From Octopus vulgaris (taxonomy: Eukaryota): a DNA stretch of 64,000 nt. The stretch is taken from assembly GCA_951406725.2 (NCBI GenBank), contig OX597830.1, positions 61,194,001 through 61,258,000 of the forward strand. Direction: 5' to 3'. The translations under genes were made by a program, and so were the position numbers. Under the pieces are notes generated by a model that was not told the DNA's origin, made no database searches, and worked only from the letters and a program-made list of their open reading frames with translations. How positions within the stretch are numbered: position 1 is the stretch's first letter; each line of letters begins with the position of its first letter. Positions 40,460 to 54,616 of this stretch are shown here, piece after piece.

Positions 40460-42350
40460 TTGATAAATACTAGCATACATATGTGTGTGTGTTTGCGCGC
40501 GCGCCCACGTGCATAATTACCGCATTATTAGAGTAAGGACAGATTGCCTTACCTTAATCTTTCCGGTTCTCTACGTTCAGAATTCAATTCCTGTCTAAGT
40601 CAACATTGCCCCTTATCATTTCGGTGTCGATAAATGAAGTACCCATCCTGTACTGGGGTGGATCTCTTTCTTTCTGTATTTTTTTTCTCTTAATAAGAAA
40701 TTAAGTGTGGTCAGACCTCGAGAGTGATGGGCTCCGCGAGGTCTAAAAACACCCAGGATAAGATGGAGTGTGTGTATATTGGTTTCAAATTTTGGTAGAA
40801 AGTCAGAAATTTCGGGGAAGGGCTCAAGTCAATTACATCGAACCCAGTGCTCAACTGGTACTTATTTTATCGAACTCGAAACGATGAAAGGTAAAGTCAA
40901 CATCGGCGGAATTTCAGCCCAGTACGTAGAGACGAACGAAACGCCGCAAAACTTGGGTGTGTGTATAATGGATAATAATAATAGTGGTTCTGGCTTGATC
41001 ACTTAGTAAATGTCATGCAATCAAAGGGATCCACATTCTATAGTATTTGACTTCCTTCACCAAACATAGCCACTAATGCTATGCCATTAGCATAAAGAAA
41101 CTCTCTGGGGAAATTTACTTTATAAGAATTTGTCTTTATTTTTAGAAAGTTGGAGAGATATGAAATAAATTGCTTTAACGGTAAATACATTTTTAAATAA
41201 TATTATGGAGAATCTTTTTGTTTGACCAAAACAGGGTAACTGATCCATCATCATTGTAAGTGAAGTAAATATCAAAGTGACGCAGAGCAAAGCCTTATTC
41301 GGTGCCGCAAGGAACTGAAATGTGTTGGATCTTTGAAACTTCATTTCACTAGAGTTATATGTTTATGCATGAAGCATGAGTCTCGACGGTTCGGTCAATA
41401 TTGTGGTGATATGTTATAAACCAGCCAGTTAGTCAGCTCGTCATCTATATATAGCAGAAGTTGACTCTTTGCTATAGCATGTTAATAGGCATAGAATTTT
41501 TCTGTTTTCCATTAATTTCATACATAAGCACACGTATTAACACTCACACTAATTAATTATTTCATCCAACAGGTAAGTTTTAAATTGCATCTCTCACTAC
41601 CTTGTTCTGTCTCCATTCAACTGTTTCTCAACCAAAACCTTTCTGTCTGTCATTCTGCCGAGAGACTGCTCTTCGCGACAAGTCAACAGTCTACCTGTGC
41701 ATCCAACTGTCGGCACATCAACTCAAAAAGCTCTCTATTTTACTGGCCGTATATCTCACACACCGTTTGTAATAACTTGGTTAAAACGATGTAGTCCGTG
41801 TTCATAGATGTACGCTACTTATCTCACAGGTGTGACCATTGCAATGACCACCTGATTTAGTTGGTGGAAGGTCATGCTTCAACGGTTGTACTGCGACCGC
41901 ACATCATTAGAAAGCCACTCCAGTATACTGTCTTGACTTGTCACTTGCTTGGAAAGTCTTATTTACTCACAGATGTCTCCGTGTCATGTTCATAAACTTG
42001 ATTCATACTACTGACACGGCGCTACTATTTGTCTACCGTTTTAATATGAAAGCGAGCAAGAAAGAAAGAAAGAACGAGTAGTTTCTCATTCCATACATAA
42101 GTAAAGGTGTGTCTCTGTATACAATATGTGTGTTTGAATGTATGTATTTGGGTGAAGAGGTTGGACGAGGAGGGTGCAGACTTAATTGAGAGTGTAAACT
42201 TCTTTGTTGGTCGATGAATGCTAGTGATCCACTCAAAATCCCGGACCCAGAAGTCAACATGTGTAAACGATAGACTTTCATCAAGGCTGAATATACAAAG
42301 TACTTTCAATCAGCGCTGTCTTATATAAACTCATATATTCACACGCAGAG

Positions 42351-42620
42351 ATAACTACGAATACACACACAAACACACACATGCATACATAACTACGAAT
42401 ACACACACAAACACACACATGCATACATAACTACGAATACACACACAAACATATACATGCATACATAACTACGAATACACACACAAACACACACATGCAT
42501 ACATAACTACAAATGCACAAAAGACATATGCACTGATAACTACAAATAAAACAAACAAACACATACATACATAACTACAAATACACACGTGTATGTATAA
42601 CTACGAATATACACACGCGT
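42351..42620. repeat. 38-bp tandem repeat
   Basis: ATAACTACGAATACACACACAAACACACACATGCATAC, about 4 intact and 3 decayed units. Confidence 0.85.
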
Positions 42621-42639
42621 ATGTTATTTAGAAGTACGG

Positions 42640-42694
<55 letters not shown>

Positions 42695-42750
42695 GTCTTA
42701 TGTATGTACATACATACATACATGCATACATAAATAATACGTACATACAT

Positions 42751-42789
<39 letters not shown>

Positions 42790-42844
42790 TGCTTACGTCT
42801 TATGTATGTACATACATATATACATACATACATAAATAATACGT

Positions 42845-42893
<49 letters not shown>

Positions 42894-43326
42894 CATATTT
42901 ATGTATGTATACATACTTTCGATTAGCGGTTGTGCTAACCTCATGAAAAGAATGGTTTCACCCAAGGGAATATTGGTACAATACCTAGTATTTTGGGAGA
43001 ATTCAATTCCTTAAAATAATAGGTATTTACCTACACAATCTCATCGTCAATTATCCTGCAAACCCCTTGCCCGAACATATAGCAAGGCAAATCATAAACC
43101 GTATCATTCAGTCTGCTATAATGAATCTATAACCACATATAAAACATCCAAGGGTATATATTTTTCCCCTCTGAAGATTTTATGCTCAGATCATATAAAT
43201 ATAAATTTAATATCTACTTAATCTTTACAGAGTATTAATTGAAACAGCTGTAAAGGATGATGATTAATTTGCTGTTAATAATAAGCAGTTATTAACTCCC
43301 CAATCACCATTTTCTTTTTCTTCATT

Positions 43327-43382
<56 letters not shown>

Positions 43383-43391
43383 AAACCAATA

Positions 43392-43538
43392 GATTCACTT
43401 CAACATTTAAATTTAATTTGTCAAAATATTTTCGTCCGCGAACTGTTCACTGACAAAAATTCGTCACGAAGTTTTGTCAGTGAACAGTTCGCGGACGAAA
43501 ATATTTTGACAAATTAAACTTAAATGTTGAAGTGAATC
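43392..43538. ncRNA. 147-bp palindrome carrying two G3-C8 hammerhead-like motifs, one per strand
   Basis: Plus 43473-43513 and minus 43457-43417: TTTGTCA-GTGAACA-GTTC GC GGAC-GAAA-ATAT-TT-TGACAAA. Confidence 0.7.
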
Positions 43539-43673
43539 GAACGGCTTTTGTGTGTTTCTTAAATATGCTTACAAACACCTTTCACGCTGCAATTGTTTTC
43601 ATTCCAGCACACGATCTCAGATCAAGTCACTCGCTATGCAAGTACATCTCCGTAATATATATATATATATAGG

Positions 43674-43744
<71 letters not shown>

Positions 43745-44863
43745 GTATGTGTATAAATATATATATATATATATATATACACTTTTACTCTTTTACTTCT
43801 TTCAGTCATTTGACTGCGGCCATGCTGGAGCACCGCCTTTAGTCGAGAAAATCGACCCCAAGACTTATTCTTTGTAAGCTTAGTACTTATCCTATCTTAT
43901 TGCTAGAAAGTGGATTTACTTTCTAGCAATTTTATAGAGTATTATTAGCAGGAAGATTGTCGACGTTCTTAGGTAAGCGCTGGACGTCGTCGAAAACAAA
44001 CTGGCTAGTCTGTTCTGGACAACTTCCAGATCGGATATCATGTTGGATAATTTCCAAAAATACTGGATCGGATAGTTACCAGTAAAGTCGACACGATATG
44101 GAGTTGCCATTAGACAGGCTAGTCCTTAATATGCGCAGAGCGAAGAAAGCGGCCTACACGCACGAGTTCAGTATTAGGACATTGCTGAATTGTGGAGTTT
44201 GTCGAATAGCTGTTCTAGCATGTAGGATGCTTTTATCTCTCATCCGAGTCCATCGAAATGATTAGTTCTCAGCACCTCTGTTAACCTAGCAGGGAATGCA
44301 GTTTTTATAGTGAAAGAGGTTGTTTGGACAGACTCTGAGAACAGAATCACTTTTGGCAGAAACTCCATATCCACTTTTTCAAGTTACATTTGAAAAGGAA
44401 TGAAAGGGTGGGGGAGGAAGCTGTTGTTCTCGAGTGAATTTGTTGAAATGTAAGTTAGGGTGGATGGGAGGGTCACTCAAATTAAAAACCTGTAAAGCCA
44501 GAGAACGATTTTAGCATTTATTTCAGTATTACAGTTTGGCACTTGGCTTATTGATTTCTGTAAAACCTCAAGATTAGATACATAAATAAACATAACGTAA
44601 ACAACTAATTTTTCTTTTTGTGTGTGCAAACACCACGAGAGATAATAACGATAAGCACAGATACACAAACAGCAATATTTTCACACACATACGTTTGCAC
44701 TTTTCATACGTACAGAAATAAACATAAATATCGCGCACATACTTGTATCTGTATGTGTGTGTGTATGTGTGTGTCTGTGTGCGCGCGCATGTGTGTATTT
44801 GTGCACAAATATAATATCTATCAGGCATATGTATACGCATATGAGGACATATGAGTATACACG

Positions 44864-44935
<72 letters not shown>

Positions 44936-44940
44936 TATAT

Positions 44941-45134
<194 letters not shown>

Positions 45135-45229
45135 TATATATATAATATATATTATATATACATGTATATATATATATATATATATGTATGTATACATGTG
45201 TCTGTCTGTGTATGTGTGTGTGTGTGTGT

Positions 45230-45500
45230 GTGACTGTGCTTAGTCTAGTGGTGATGCTGTTGCACCCACGATCGCCATACCGTGGCTTGAATTCCCTGAC
45301 TGGGTGACGCGTTGTGTCCTTGAGCAAAACACTTCGCTTCATGTTGCTCCAATCCCACTTTCGATCAGGGGTTAAATTTGGGCCTGCTCCCTTAGCCAGC
45401 TAGATGACGTCATTTGAAGGCTAAAAACAACGCAAAAACGCACTGTGACAGTGATGTATAACGACATCTGATAATCTGGTCGTTCACGTGATCACGTGAT
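45230..45500 (+). mobile_element. Old CORE-like SINE with a different tail
   Basis: Decayed tRNA head, GTGTCCTTGAGCAAAACACTT..GTTGCTCCA, tail CACGTGATCACGTGAT. Confidence 0.7.
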
Positions 45501-45501
45501 A

Positions 45502-45537
<36 letters not shown>

Positions 45538-45619
45538 TGTATGTATGTATGTATGTATGTATGTATGTATGTATGTATGTATGTATATATGTATCTATAT
45601 GTATATGTATATGTATATA

Positions 45620-46731
45620 CAAGGGTTGGACAAAATAATGGAAACACCTAGCATCATAGCATCATAATTTTGAAATATCTATAAAACCATCAAAAGCTAG
45701 TTTATTTTATGTTTTTTTGATTTATTATTAGTGTTGCTTAATCTGTTTTGCTAAAATTGCTGTTTCTTTTCAGATATCATCAGAAAAAGGTAATTAAAAT
45801 TCATTAAAATGACAGATCTTTCAGACTTTCAAAGAGGTCAAATTGTTGGTGCTCGTATGGCAGGCGGTAGCGTAACGAATACACCTGAAATGTTTGGTGT
45901 ATCAAGAAGTGCTGTCTCGAAAGTACTGACAGCCTTTGAGAAAATTGAAAAAAACCTCCTCGCCGAAACAAAACTCCAGAAGAAACCAAAACTTTCGGAT
46001 AGGGATCGTCGGACCCTTACGCGAATTGTTAAAAAGGATCACAAAAGTACATCTCCCAAAAGTACTGCAGAGGTTAATGACCACCTCGAGAACTCAGTTT
46101 CCACAAAAACAGTTCACCTGGAGCTGTACAAAGCCGGATTTCATGGGAGGACAGCAATTAGAAAACTGCTACTTTCAAAAACAAATGTTGCAAAGCGTTT
46201 AGAGTGGAGTAAAAACCTACAGAATTGGTCCCTAGAGCAGTGGAAGAATGATATTTTCTCGGACGAGTCATCGTTTCCCTTATTTCCGACTGGCCGAGTA
46301 TATGTGTGGAAACAGCCAAAAGAAGCATTTGACCCAGACTCCTTTCTTCCAGCTGTTGAACATGTGTGAGGCTCTGTGATGATCTGGGGTGGGTGTGGGG
46401 CTTTATCTTGGGAATCTGCCGACCCAATGGTTTCCCTTCATGGCAGAATTAATAGTCAAGACTATTTAAGCTTTTTATCTAATCAAATTCATCCTGTGGT
46501 TGCAGAACTGCTTCCGGAAGGAAGCGCAATCTTTCAAGATGATAATGCAATAATTCACACAGCTAAAGTTGTTACTGTGGACAAAAATTCCCTTGGAAAC
46601 AATTCAAACTTCGTATGAATCCATACCTCGTAGAATTCAAGCTGTAATTACTGCCGAAGGCGGTCCTACTCCATAGTAAAATAAATTTGTTTGAAATTTT
46701 AAGGTGTTTCCATTATTTTGTCCAACCCCTG
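45620..46731 (+). mobile_element. Tc1 element with both TIRs; transposase pseudogene
   Basis: About 30-bp TIRs CA(A/G)GGGTTGGACAAAATAATGGAAACACCT, TA TSD; ORF 45809-46369 (HTH, IFSDES), stop, then FQDDNAIIH; C-terminus SIPRRIQAVITAEGGPTP; SPDLNPIE segment missing. Confidence 0.95.
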
Positions 46732-46735
46732 TATA

Positions 46736-47486
46736 TCTACTACATATGTTGGAAATTCTATCTGTGGGTGTGTTTGTTTGCGGAGTTGTTACCTAACTCC
46801 CCCTACATCGTTTCATCGATTTTGAGGAAACTTGACATGTGAGTGGAACTCATGTCTGAAAACCTCATGGCACACTCAGATTGTTAAAAACATCGATAAT
46901 TACAAATCAGCGTTCAATTGAAAAAAATCAATAGGAGCTTTGAATGGGAATTTCCATAAGGAAGATATTTTTTTGCATTAACTTTTGCATTTCTCGACCG
47001 ATTCTCTTTAAATTTGCGATACAGGTGGCAAATGTTATGAGGATGACTATTAAGGAAGATATTTTACTTAGAATGTAAGGAGAGGACAAAAAGCTGCATA
47101 AAAACGATTACTCTCTCCCTCCTCCAGCTGACAGGTTTTTTGTACTTTTTCGTGACGGAAAATACACCTTTTGTGGCAGTTATAACAAAATTGCTTTTTA
47201 TATCAGAGTAATAATGCGTTTGGATGGAGGCCTTGCCTTCCGAATCAGTTTACAGGGCTTAGAAAAACTGAAGGACAGCTGTGTGAATTTGAGAGGATAA
47301 TATGTTGAATCAAAGCAGAATTGACTGATCCTCCTGTATTTTCTTTTACTCAAAATCGGGAACTTTTCAGCACCTCATCGTGTGTGTGTGTGTGTGTGTG
47401 TGTGCAGTGTTTAAAAAGCTTTTTTTTTTATCCAAAAGGCTTTTACAAGCCAATATTTACTTATATATAGGTTTATCTACTGCTAG
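46736..47486 (+). mobile_element. Non-autonomous Helitron-like element
   Basis: A|TC start, GTGTGTTTGTTTG, CGATTTTGAGGAAACTTG, ends CTAG|T; 3' hairpin not evident. Confidence 0.5.
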
Positions 47487-48232
47487 TTCTACGTGTAAAA
47501 ACTAATTATATATATAAATAATGAAAATGATATATATACACGCATATATACATACATACATGTAAATACCTACATATATATGTATATACACATGCATATA
47601 TGGGTACAGGACTTCAAACAACGTGAACAACATGAAAAACGAGAATAGGAAAAACAAAAACATAGAACAACGAAAGAAACAAATAGAAAAGACAGGCGAC
47701 ATAAAGAACAATCTCTTCATCAGTTGTCCACTGTTTTATCTATTCCGCATTTCGAAAGTCAGGACATGATGCGTCTTTGTCAAAACAGTCGTTCCCGCAA
47801 AGCAAATTAATTAAGATTTGAGATTTGCGGAGGGTTAAAGTTGGTAACAAAAACAGGACAGTTAAAACAAACAGTAAGGGCTGTTAAGCCATAACGAGGT
47901 GAAGTGTTGAACCTGGAGAAACAAGATTTGACAGGAGATAGACAACAATGCATGCTGTCCCTTGTAGCGTATGAAGGAGAAAGAAAGATAGCCGCTGGTC
48001 ACGTGTGAAGAACGAGAGAGTCAAGGAGGAAGAGTGAGAGAGAGAGATACAGAGAACAGTGAAGGGAAAGGAGAAGAATTAGAGAAAGAGTAAGAGAGAA
48101 AAGAAGAAAAAAAGAAGAGAGGGAGAATAGAGATAGTGATACAATAGTGATAGAAGTGTCGCATCGAAATTATTAAGATAAAACTTACTTGGAAATGGAT
48201 GCGTTGCATTCCATCATATAATAATATAAATA

Positions 48233-48308
<76 letters not shown>

Positions 48309-48528
48309 GCATATATACATATATATGTATGCATATATACACACATACATATATATGTATATATACTTGCATATATGGGTACAAGATGTAAAAAAACGTG
48401 ACCAACATGAAAACGAGAACATGAAAAACAAACGTTTTTGGGAACAACGAAAGAAACAAATAGAAAAACGAGACAGGCAACATAAAGAACAATCCCTTCA
48501 TCAATATATATATATATATAGAGAGAGA

Positions 48529-48593
<65 letters not shown>

Positions 48594-48717
48594 GAGAGAG
48601 AGATGAAGATGGTACTTAAGTTGAGGCACCAGAATTTAGTATGGTATTTATTATCCATACAATTTCAAAATAAGGCGATTAAAATCAAAATAAAGAACAA
48701 GGATATCCAGAGGTAAA

Positions 48718-48807
48718 GCAGTACGATCGTTTCAACCGACTCCATTTAATTGAAAAATGCAATCATTTCATTACATCAATTTAAAATGTAGAGCAGTCTT
48801 CAGCTGC
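48718..48807 (-). ncRNA. Type I hammerhead motif, canonical core, long stem II
   Basis: Minus: GCAG-CTGAAGA-[CTGCTC..GAGTCGGTT]-GAAA-CGATCG-TA-CTGC; partial inverted copy at 48955-49028. Confidence 0.65.
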
Positions 48808-49249
48808 AAAAAGACATAAAATTTAATTAAATTAGAAGGACACATTAGTATAATGTGTTCTTCTAATTTAGTTGTAAATAGTTGTAACTACGATGTTGTT
48901 GGTAAAACATGTTCTTCGTCTATCTCCTTATCCTCTTGGAGATTTTAGGTAAAATTATACTAACGTGTCCTTGTAATTTAATTAAATTCTATGTTTTTTG
49001 TGCATCTGAAGATTGCTCTACATTTTAAAGCCACTACAAATATGTTGTGGAAAAAAGCATCTACTCTCGTGGAGAAAGAGTAACTATAGAAGCGCAGAAT
49101 TATCGCAGTAATGGGTATTCAAAAAATATGTATATATAGAAATGTATGAATGAAGAAATTCAAATTAAAGAAGCACAACAATAATGCTTAGCAGTTCAAA
49201 AACTGAGGAGTGGAATCATGAGAATCAAATATTGATCGCTTCGCTAAAA

Positions 49250-49768
49250 GCTGCAGGTGGTATGGGTTATTTCCCTTGGGTTGTTTAAATACAATATTAG
49301 TAATATGTAGTAGATAGGAGGATCCATTGGGTGGGCTCTGTTATCGACTTTTTTCAACAATCTAAGTATGTCACGAGGTTTCCAGACATGAGTTCTACAG
49401 AAATGTCAAATAAAGTAAAAACGTAATATTGTCTGCAAAAATTAGAAATTGGACACACAAAATATCAATATGCAAAGTAATCGAGCATAATCAATGAAAT
49501 GGGTTACTTCCCTTGAGTGTTTAAAAATATTGTACAGGTGGTATTGGTTATTTCCCTTGGGTGTTTTTAAAAAATTAGTTGTGTGAGGTAGATATAAAGG
49601 TCCCTCCCAGGGGCCGTATTAACGATTTTTTTCAACTATCTAAGTATGTCACGAGGTTTCCAGACATGAAGTCTACTCACGTGTCAAGTTTCATCAAAAT
49701 CAATAAAACGATGTAGGAGGAGTTAGATAACAACGCCACAAAAAACACACCGATTTACCACATACGTA

Positions 49769-49772
<4 letters not shown>
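49250..49772 (-). mobile_element. Second, inverted copy of the Helitron-like element with internal duplication
   Basis: 49620-49772 is the diverged reverse complement of 46738-46900; 49250-49410 duplicates 49530-49690. Confidence 0.55.
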
Positions 49773-49816
<44 letters not shown>

Positions 49817-50077
49817 CGGGCTTCTTTCAGTTTCCGTCTACCAGATACACTCACAAGGCTTTGGTCGGCCCGTGGTTACAGTAGAAGACATTTGCCCAAG
49901 GTGCTACCCCGTGGAACTGAACCCGGAACCATGTGGTTGGTAAGCAAGTTACTTACCACACAGCCATGCCTTCGACTATAGCCATGCCTGCGCCTACATA
50001 TATCTACATATAACAGAGTATGTGTTCTGCCTGAACATTCTTTCATTGATTGGATATCATTTAAATGAAATATTGTT

Positions 50078-50492
50078 GAGTGGTTGTGTGGTAAGTAGCT
50101 TGTTTACCAACCACATGGTTCCGGGTTCAGTCCCACTGCGTGGCACCTTGAGCAAGTGTCTTCTACTATAGCCTGTTGCCGACCAAAGCCTTGTGAGTGG
50201 ATTTGGTAGACGGAAACTGAAAGAAGCCCGTCGTATATATGTATATATATATATATATATATGCGTGTGTGTGATTGTATGTCTGTATTTGTCCCCCTAG
50301 CATTGCTTGACAACTGATGCTGGTGTGTTTATGTCCCCGTAACTTAGCGGTTCGGCAAAAGAGACCGATAGAACAAGTACTAGGCTTACAAAGAATAAGT
50401 CCCGGGGTCGAGTTGCTCGATTAAAGGCGGTGCTCCAGCATGGCCGCAGTCAAATGACTGAAACAAGTGAAAGAGTAAAGAGAGTAAAGAGT
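50078..50492 (+). mobile_element. SINE family A, full length
   Basis: A/B boxes, internal (TA)(TG), tail of AAAGAGT-like units. Confidence 0.9.
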
Positions 50493-50851
50493 ATGTTTGC
50501 TTTAGACATAAGACAGAATCATCACTTCGGAGAGACGATATGTCTTTAACTGGCTTGTAGAAAAGTTACCTATCAAGTGATGACGGGATTTTTGAAGAAC
50601 TGATGAAGTCTATTACTATGTGTTAGTCAATTTGATCTATAAATACTAATACCGTCTAGTAATTATTTCTTACATCAATTGAGCTCGGAGCAAATGTCGT
50701 ATAACTTTTATGAATTGTTTCCCTGGAATTGATGAGTAGATTCTACTAGTCATGTCGCTCTGCTTAGTGTAATCCTTCAATGTACCTAATGCTGTATGTA
50801 TGTGTGTCAATCTGTGTTAGTCAATCTGATCTATAAATACTAATACCGTCT

Positions 50852-52616
50852 GTGTGTGTCTTTAAATGCATACTCTTGTATGTATGTGTGTCTTTAAATG
50901 CATACTCTTGTATGTAAGTGTATATTTAAATGCATACTCTTGTATGTATGTGTATATTTAAATGCATACTCTTGTATGTATGTGTATATTTAAATGCATA
51001 CTCTTGTATGTATGTGTGTCTTTAAATGCATACTCTTGTATGTATGTGTGTCTTTAAATGCATACTCTTGTATGTATGTGTATATTTAAATGCATACTCT
51101 TGTATGTATGTGTGTCTTTAAATGCATACTCTTGTATGTATGTGTGTCTTTAAATGCATACTCTTGTGTGTATGTGTATCTTTAAATGCATACTCTTGTG
51201 TGTATGTGTATCTTTAAATGCATACTCTTGTGTGTATGTGTATCTTTAAATGCATACTCTTGTATGTATGTGTGTCTTTAAATGCATACTCTTGTATGTA
51301 TGTGTGTCTTTAAATGCATACTCTTGTGTGTATGTGTATCTTTAAATGCATACTCTTGTATGTATGTGTATCTTTAAATGCATACTCTTGTATGTATGTG
51401 TGTCTTTAAATGCATACTCTTGTGTGTATGTGTGTCTTTAAATGCATACTCTTGTGTGTATGTGTATCTTTAAATGCATACTCTTGTATGTATGTGTGTC
51501 TTTAAATGCATACTCTTGTGTGTATGTGTATCTTTAAATGCATACTCTTGTATGTATGTGTATCTTTAAATGCATACTCTTGTATGTATGTGTGTCTTTA
51601 AATGCATACTCTTGTATGTATGTGTGTCTTTAAATGCATACTCTTGTGTGTATGTGTATCTTTAAATGCATACTCTTGTATGTATGTGTGTCTTTAAATG
51701 CATACTCTTGTGTGTATGTGTATCTTTAAATGCATACTCTTGTGCGTATGTGTATCTTTAAATGCATACTCTTGTATGTATGTGTGTCTTTAAATGCATA
51801 CTCTTGTGTGTATGTGTGTCTTTAAATGCATACTCTTGTGTGTATGTGTGTCTTTAAATGCATACTCTTGTGTGTATGTGTGTCTTTAAATGCATACTCT
51901 TGTATGTATGTGTGTCTTTAAATGCATACTCTTGTGTGTATGTGTGTCTTTAAATGCATACTCTTGTATGTATGTGTGTCTTTAAATGCATACTCTTGTG
52001 TGTATGTGTGTCTTTAAATGCATACACTTGTGTGTATGTGTGTCTTTAAATGCATACTCTTGTATGTATGTGTGTCTTTAAATGCATACTCTTGTATGTA
52101 TGTGTGTCTTTAAATGCATACTCTTGTGTGTATGTGTGTCTTTAAATGCATACTCTTGTGTGTATGTGTGTCTTTAAATGCATACTCTTGTGTGTATGTG
52201 TGTCTTTAAATGCATACTCTTGTATGTATGTGTGTCTTTAAATGCATACTCTTGTGTGTATGTGTGTCTTTAAATGCATACTCTTGTGTGTATGTGTGTC
52301 TTTAAATGCATACTCTTGTGTGTATGTGTGTCTTTAAATGCATACTCTTGTATGTATGTGTGTCTTTAAATGCATACTCTTGTATGTATGTGTGTCTTTA
52401 AATGCATACTCTTGTATGTATGTGTGTCTTTAAATGCATACTCTTGTGTGTATGTGTGTCTTTAAATGCATACTCTTGTGTGTATGTGTGTCTTTAAATG
52501 CATACTCTTGTGTGTATGTGTGTCTTTAAATGCATACTCTTGTATGTATGTGTGTCTTTAAATGCATACTCCTGTATGTATGTGTGTCTTTAAATGCATA
52601 CTCTTGTATGTATGTG
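50852..52616. repeat. 32-bp minisatellite, 55 units
   Basis: TTTAAATGCATACTCTTGT(A/G)TGTATGTGT(G/A)T(C/A); first TTTAAATGCA at 50861, last at 52589 = 54 x 32 apart. Confidence 0.97.
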
Positions 52617-53921
52617 CGCGCATGTGTGTAGGCAGTTGTTGATTAAATAAATATGTATTGTCCCTCCAGTTAAGTCTAATATTCACTGCTGTGACCATAT
52701 TCTGTAAAGGATCAGGACAACTGAAGATAACGTTGACTGTGAAACCCTGTATTAGGGGCGGTTGGTTGGAAGATCTTATGTATTCATGAGATCTTTCACC
52801 AACTCCCCTCCCATTCATTTCATTAATCCCATTGACAGCCCTTTTCCATATCAACGCACCCACACTAAGTTTACTGAGTGACTTAACTTACGAAGACACC
52901 AGATCATATCTCTACAGACAATCTGTTGAGGACCATGTTGCTTAGTAACTTCCTTTACAGGTGACTTCAGACAGCCATAAGTCATCACCTGTGTCAGCAA
53001 ATGTTGTAAATACTTTATGATTGATTAGTCATTCGTTGTCATTCAAATGATCATTTTAATACGACTGTTTGAAGATACACTCTACTATAATTGAAAAGAC
53101 ATAAACGTGTAGCCTTTAGTTTTAATTGTAAATCGAGAGATCGTGCTTATAACTGAAATCCTTGAGTTAAAATGAAAATAAGCTTTCAAGGTTTCCTCAG
53201 ACATGCTATAGAAATTGGATTTCTAAAGAGTTTAGCAATCGTTAAAGAAGTGCGTAGCTTATAAAGAGTTCATTTCTAGAAAAACATTTTAATCAATTCT
53301 GTTGTGTCTGAGGAGAGTCATTCTATTTTAGTGCCAGAAAATAAAAATAAGAAATAAGTGGAAATTTTACCGGTGAGTGTGTTAAATAATAAAGCACTAA
53401 AAGAGAATGACTCTCCCCAGACACAACAGAATATGCTTCAACACACGAACTCATATAAAGAATCTTGCAAGCCACATCCCAAAACGAAATATTTTAATCA
53501 ATGCAATAAATAAATTTATCAATATTTATTTATCCTACAAAGCCAATGGCACTCATTAATGGGAGTTGTCTCCTGTAAGTTTCAAACTAAGCCATGAAAA
53601 GCAATGAAACACGTGTCGGATTTACAGTGATGCTGCTATTTATATTAGTGAGTTAACATAGGTACGGTATCAATTTACGGATTTGTGAATCCTATATTTG
53701 AGAGGTGGCTTGTTTGAGAGTTCGTCTTTTACGGATACGTAGTGCAAAGTTAATAGCTAATAGTTAATTGAAGCTTTAATGTTTATGATAAAGAAATGTA
53801 TAAGACTATAGTAGAAGAGACATGCCCAAGGTGCCATGAAGAGGGACTGAACCGGGAACCGTGTGGTTGGGATGCAAGCCTCTTACCACAGAGCCACGTC
53901 CGTGGCTATGCCACGCCTGCT

Positions 53922-54076
<155 letters not shown>

Positions 54077-54485
54077 CAAATTTAAAAATAGGATAAAATC
54101 TTAATAAGAATTTATCAGGTAGTTAGCGTGAAAAACATCATAAGAGAAAAAATCTGTAAATTTTTTCACTTAAAAATATTTATTTATATTATATAGAGGG
54201 CATTATTTTTGGTAGTTATGACTTTAAAAGTCCCTCCTAGCGTGTGGCATTTATGTGTAATAATGCTCTCTATATAATATATATGTATTTATGTATGTAT
54301 GTATGTATGTATGTATGTATGTATGTATGTATGTATGTATGTATGTATGCATGTATGTATGTATGCATGTATGTATGTTAGTAAACATTCGGAAAAACAA
54401 ATATTAAAATTCGTATCAATTTATGTATAGCATTGCATGATTGTCAACGTAGAAAAGAGACTTGGGTAGGTCTACAATTATCTAT

Positions 54486-54616
<131 letters not shown>

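Noticed and set aside
45809-46369. Functional Tc1 transposase gene
   Set aside because: Premature stop and loss of the third catalytic residue region.
50852-52616. CRISPR-like array of about 32-bp repeats
   Set aside because: Units are contiguous with no unique spacers and no cas genes; eukaryotic minisatellite.
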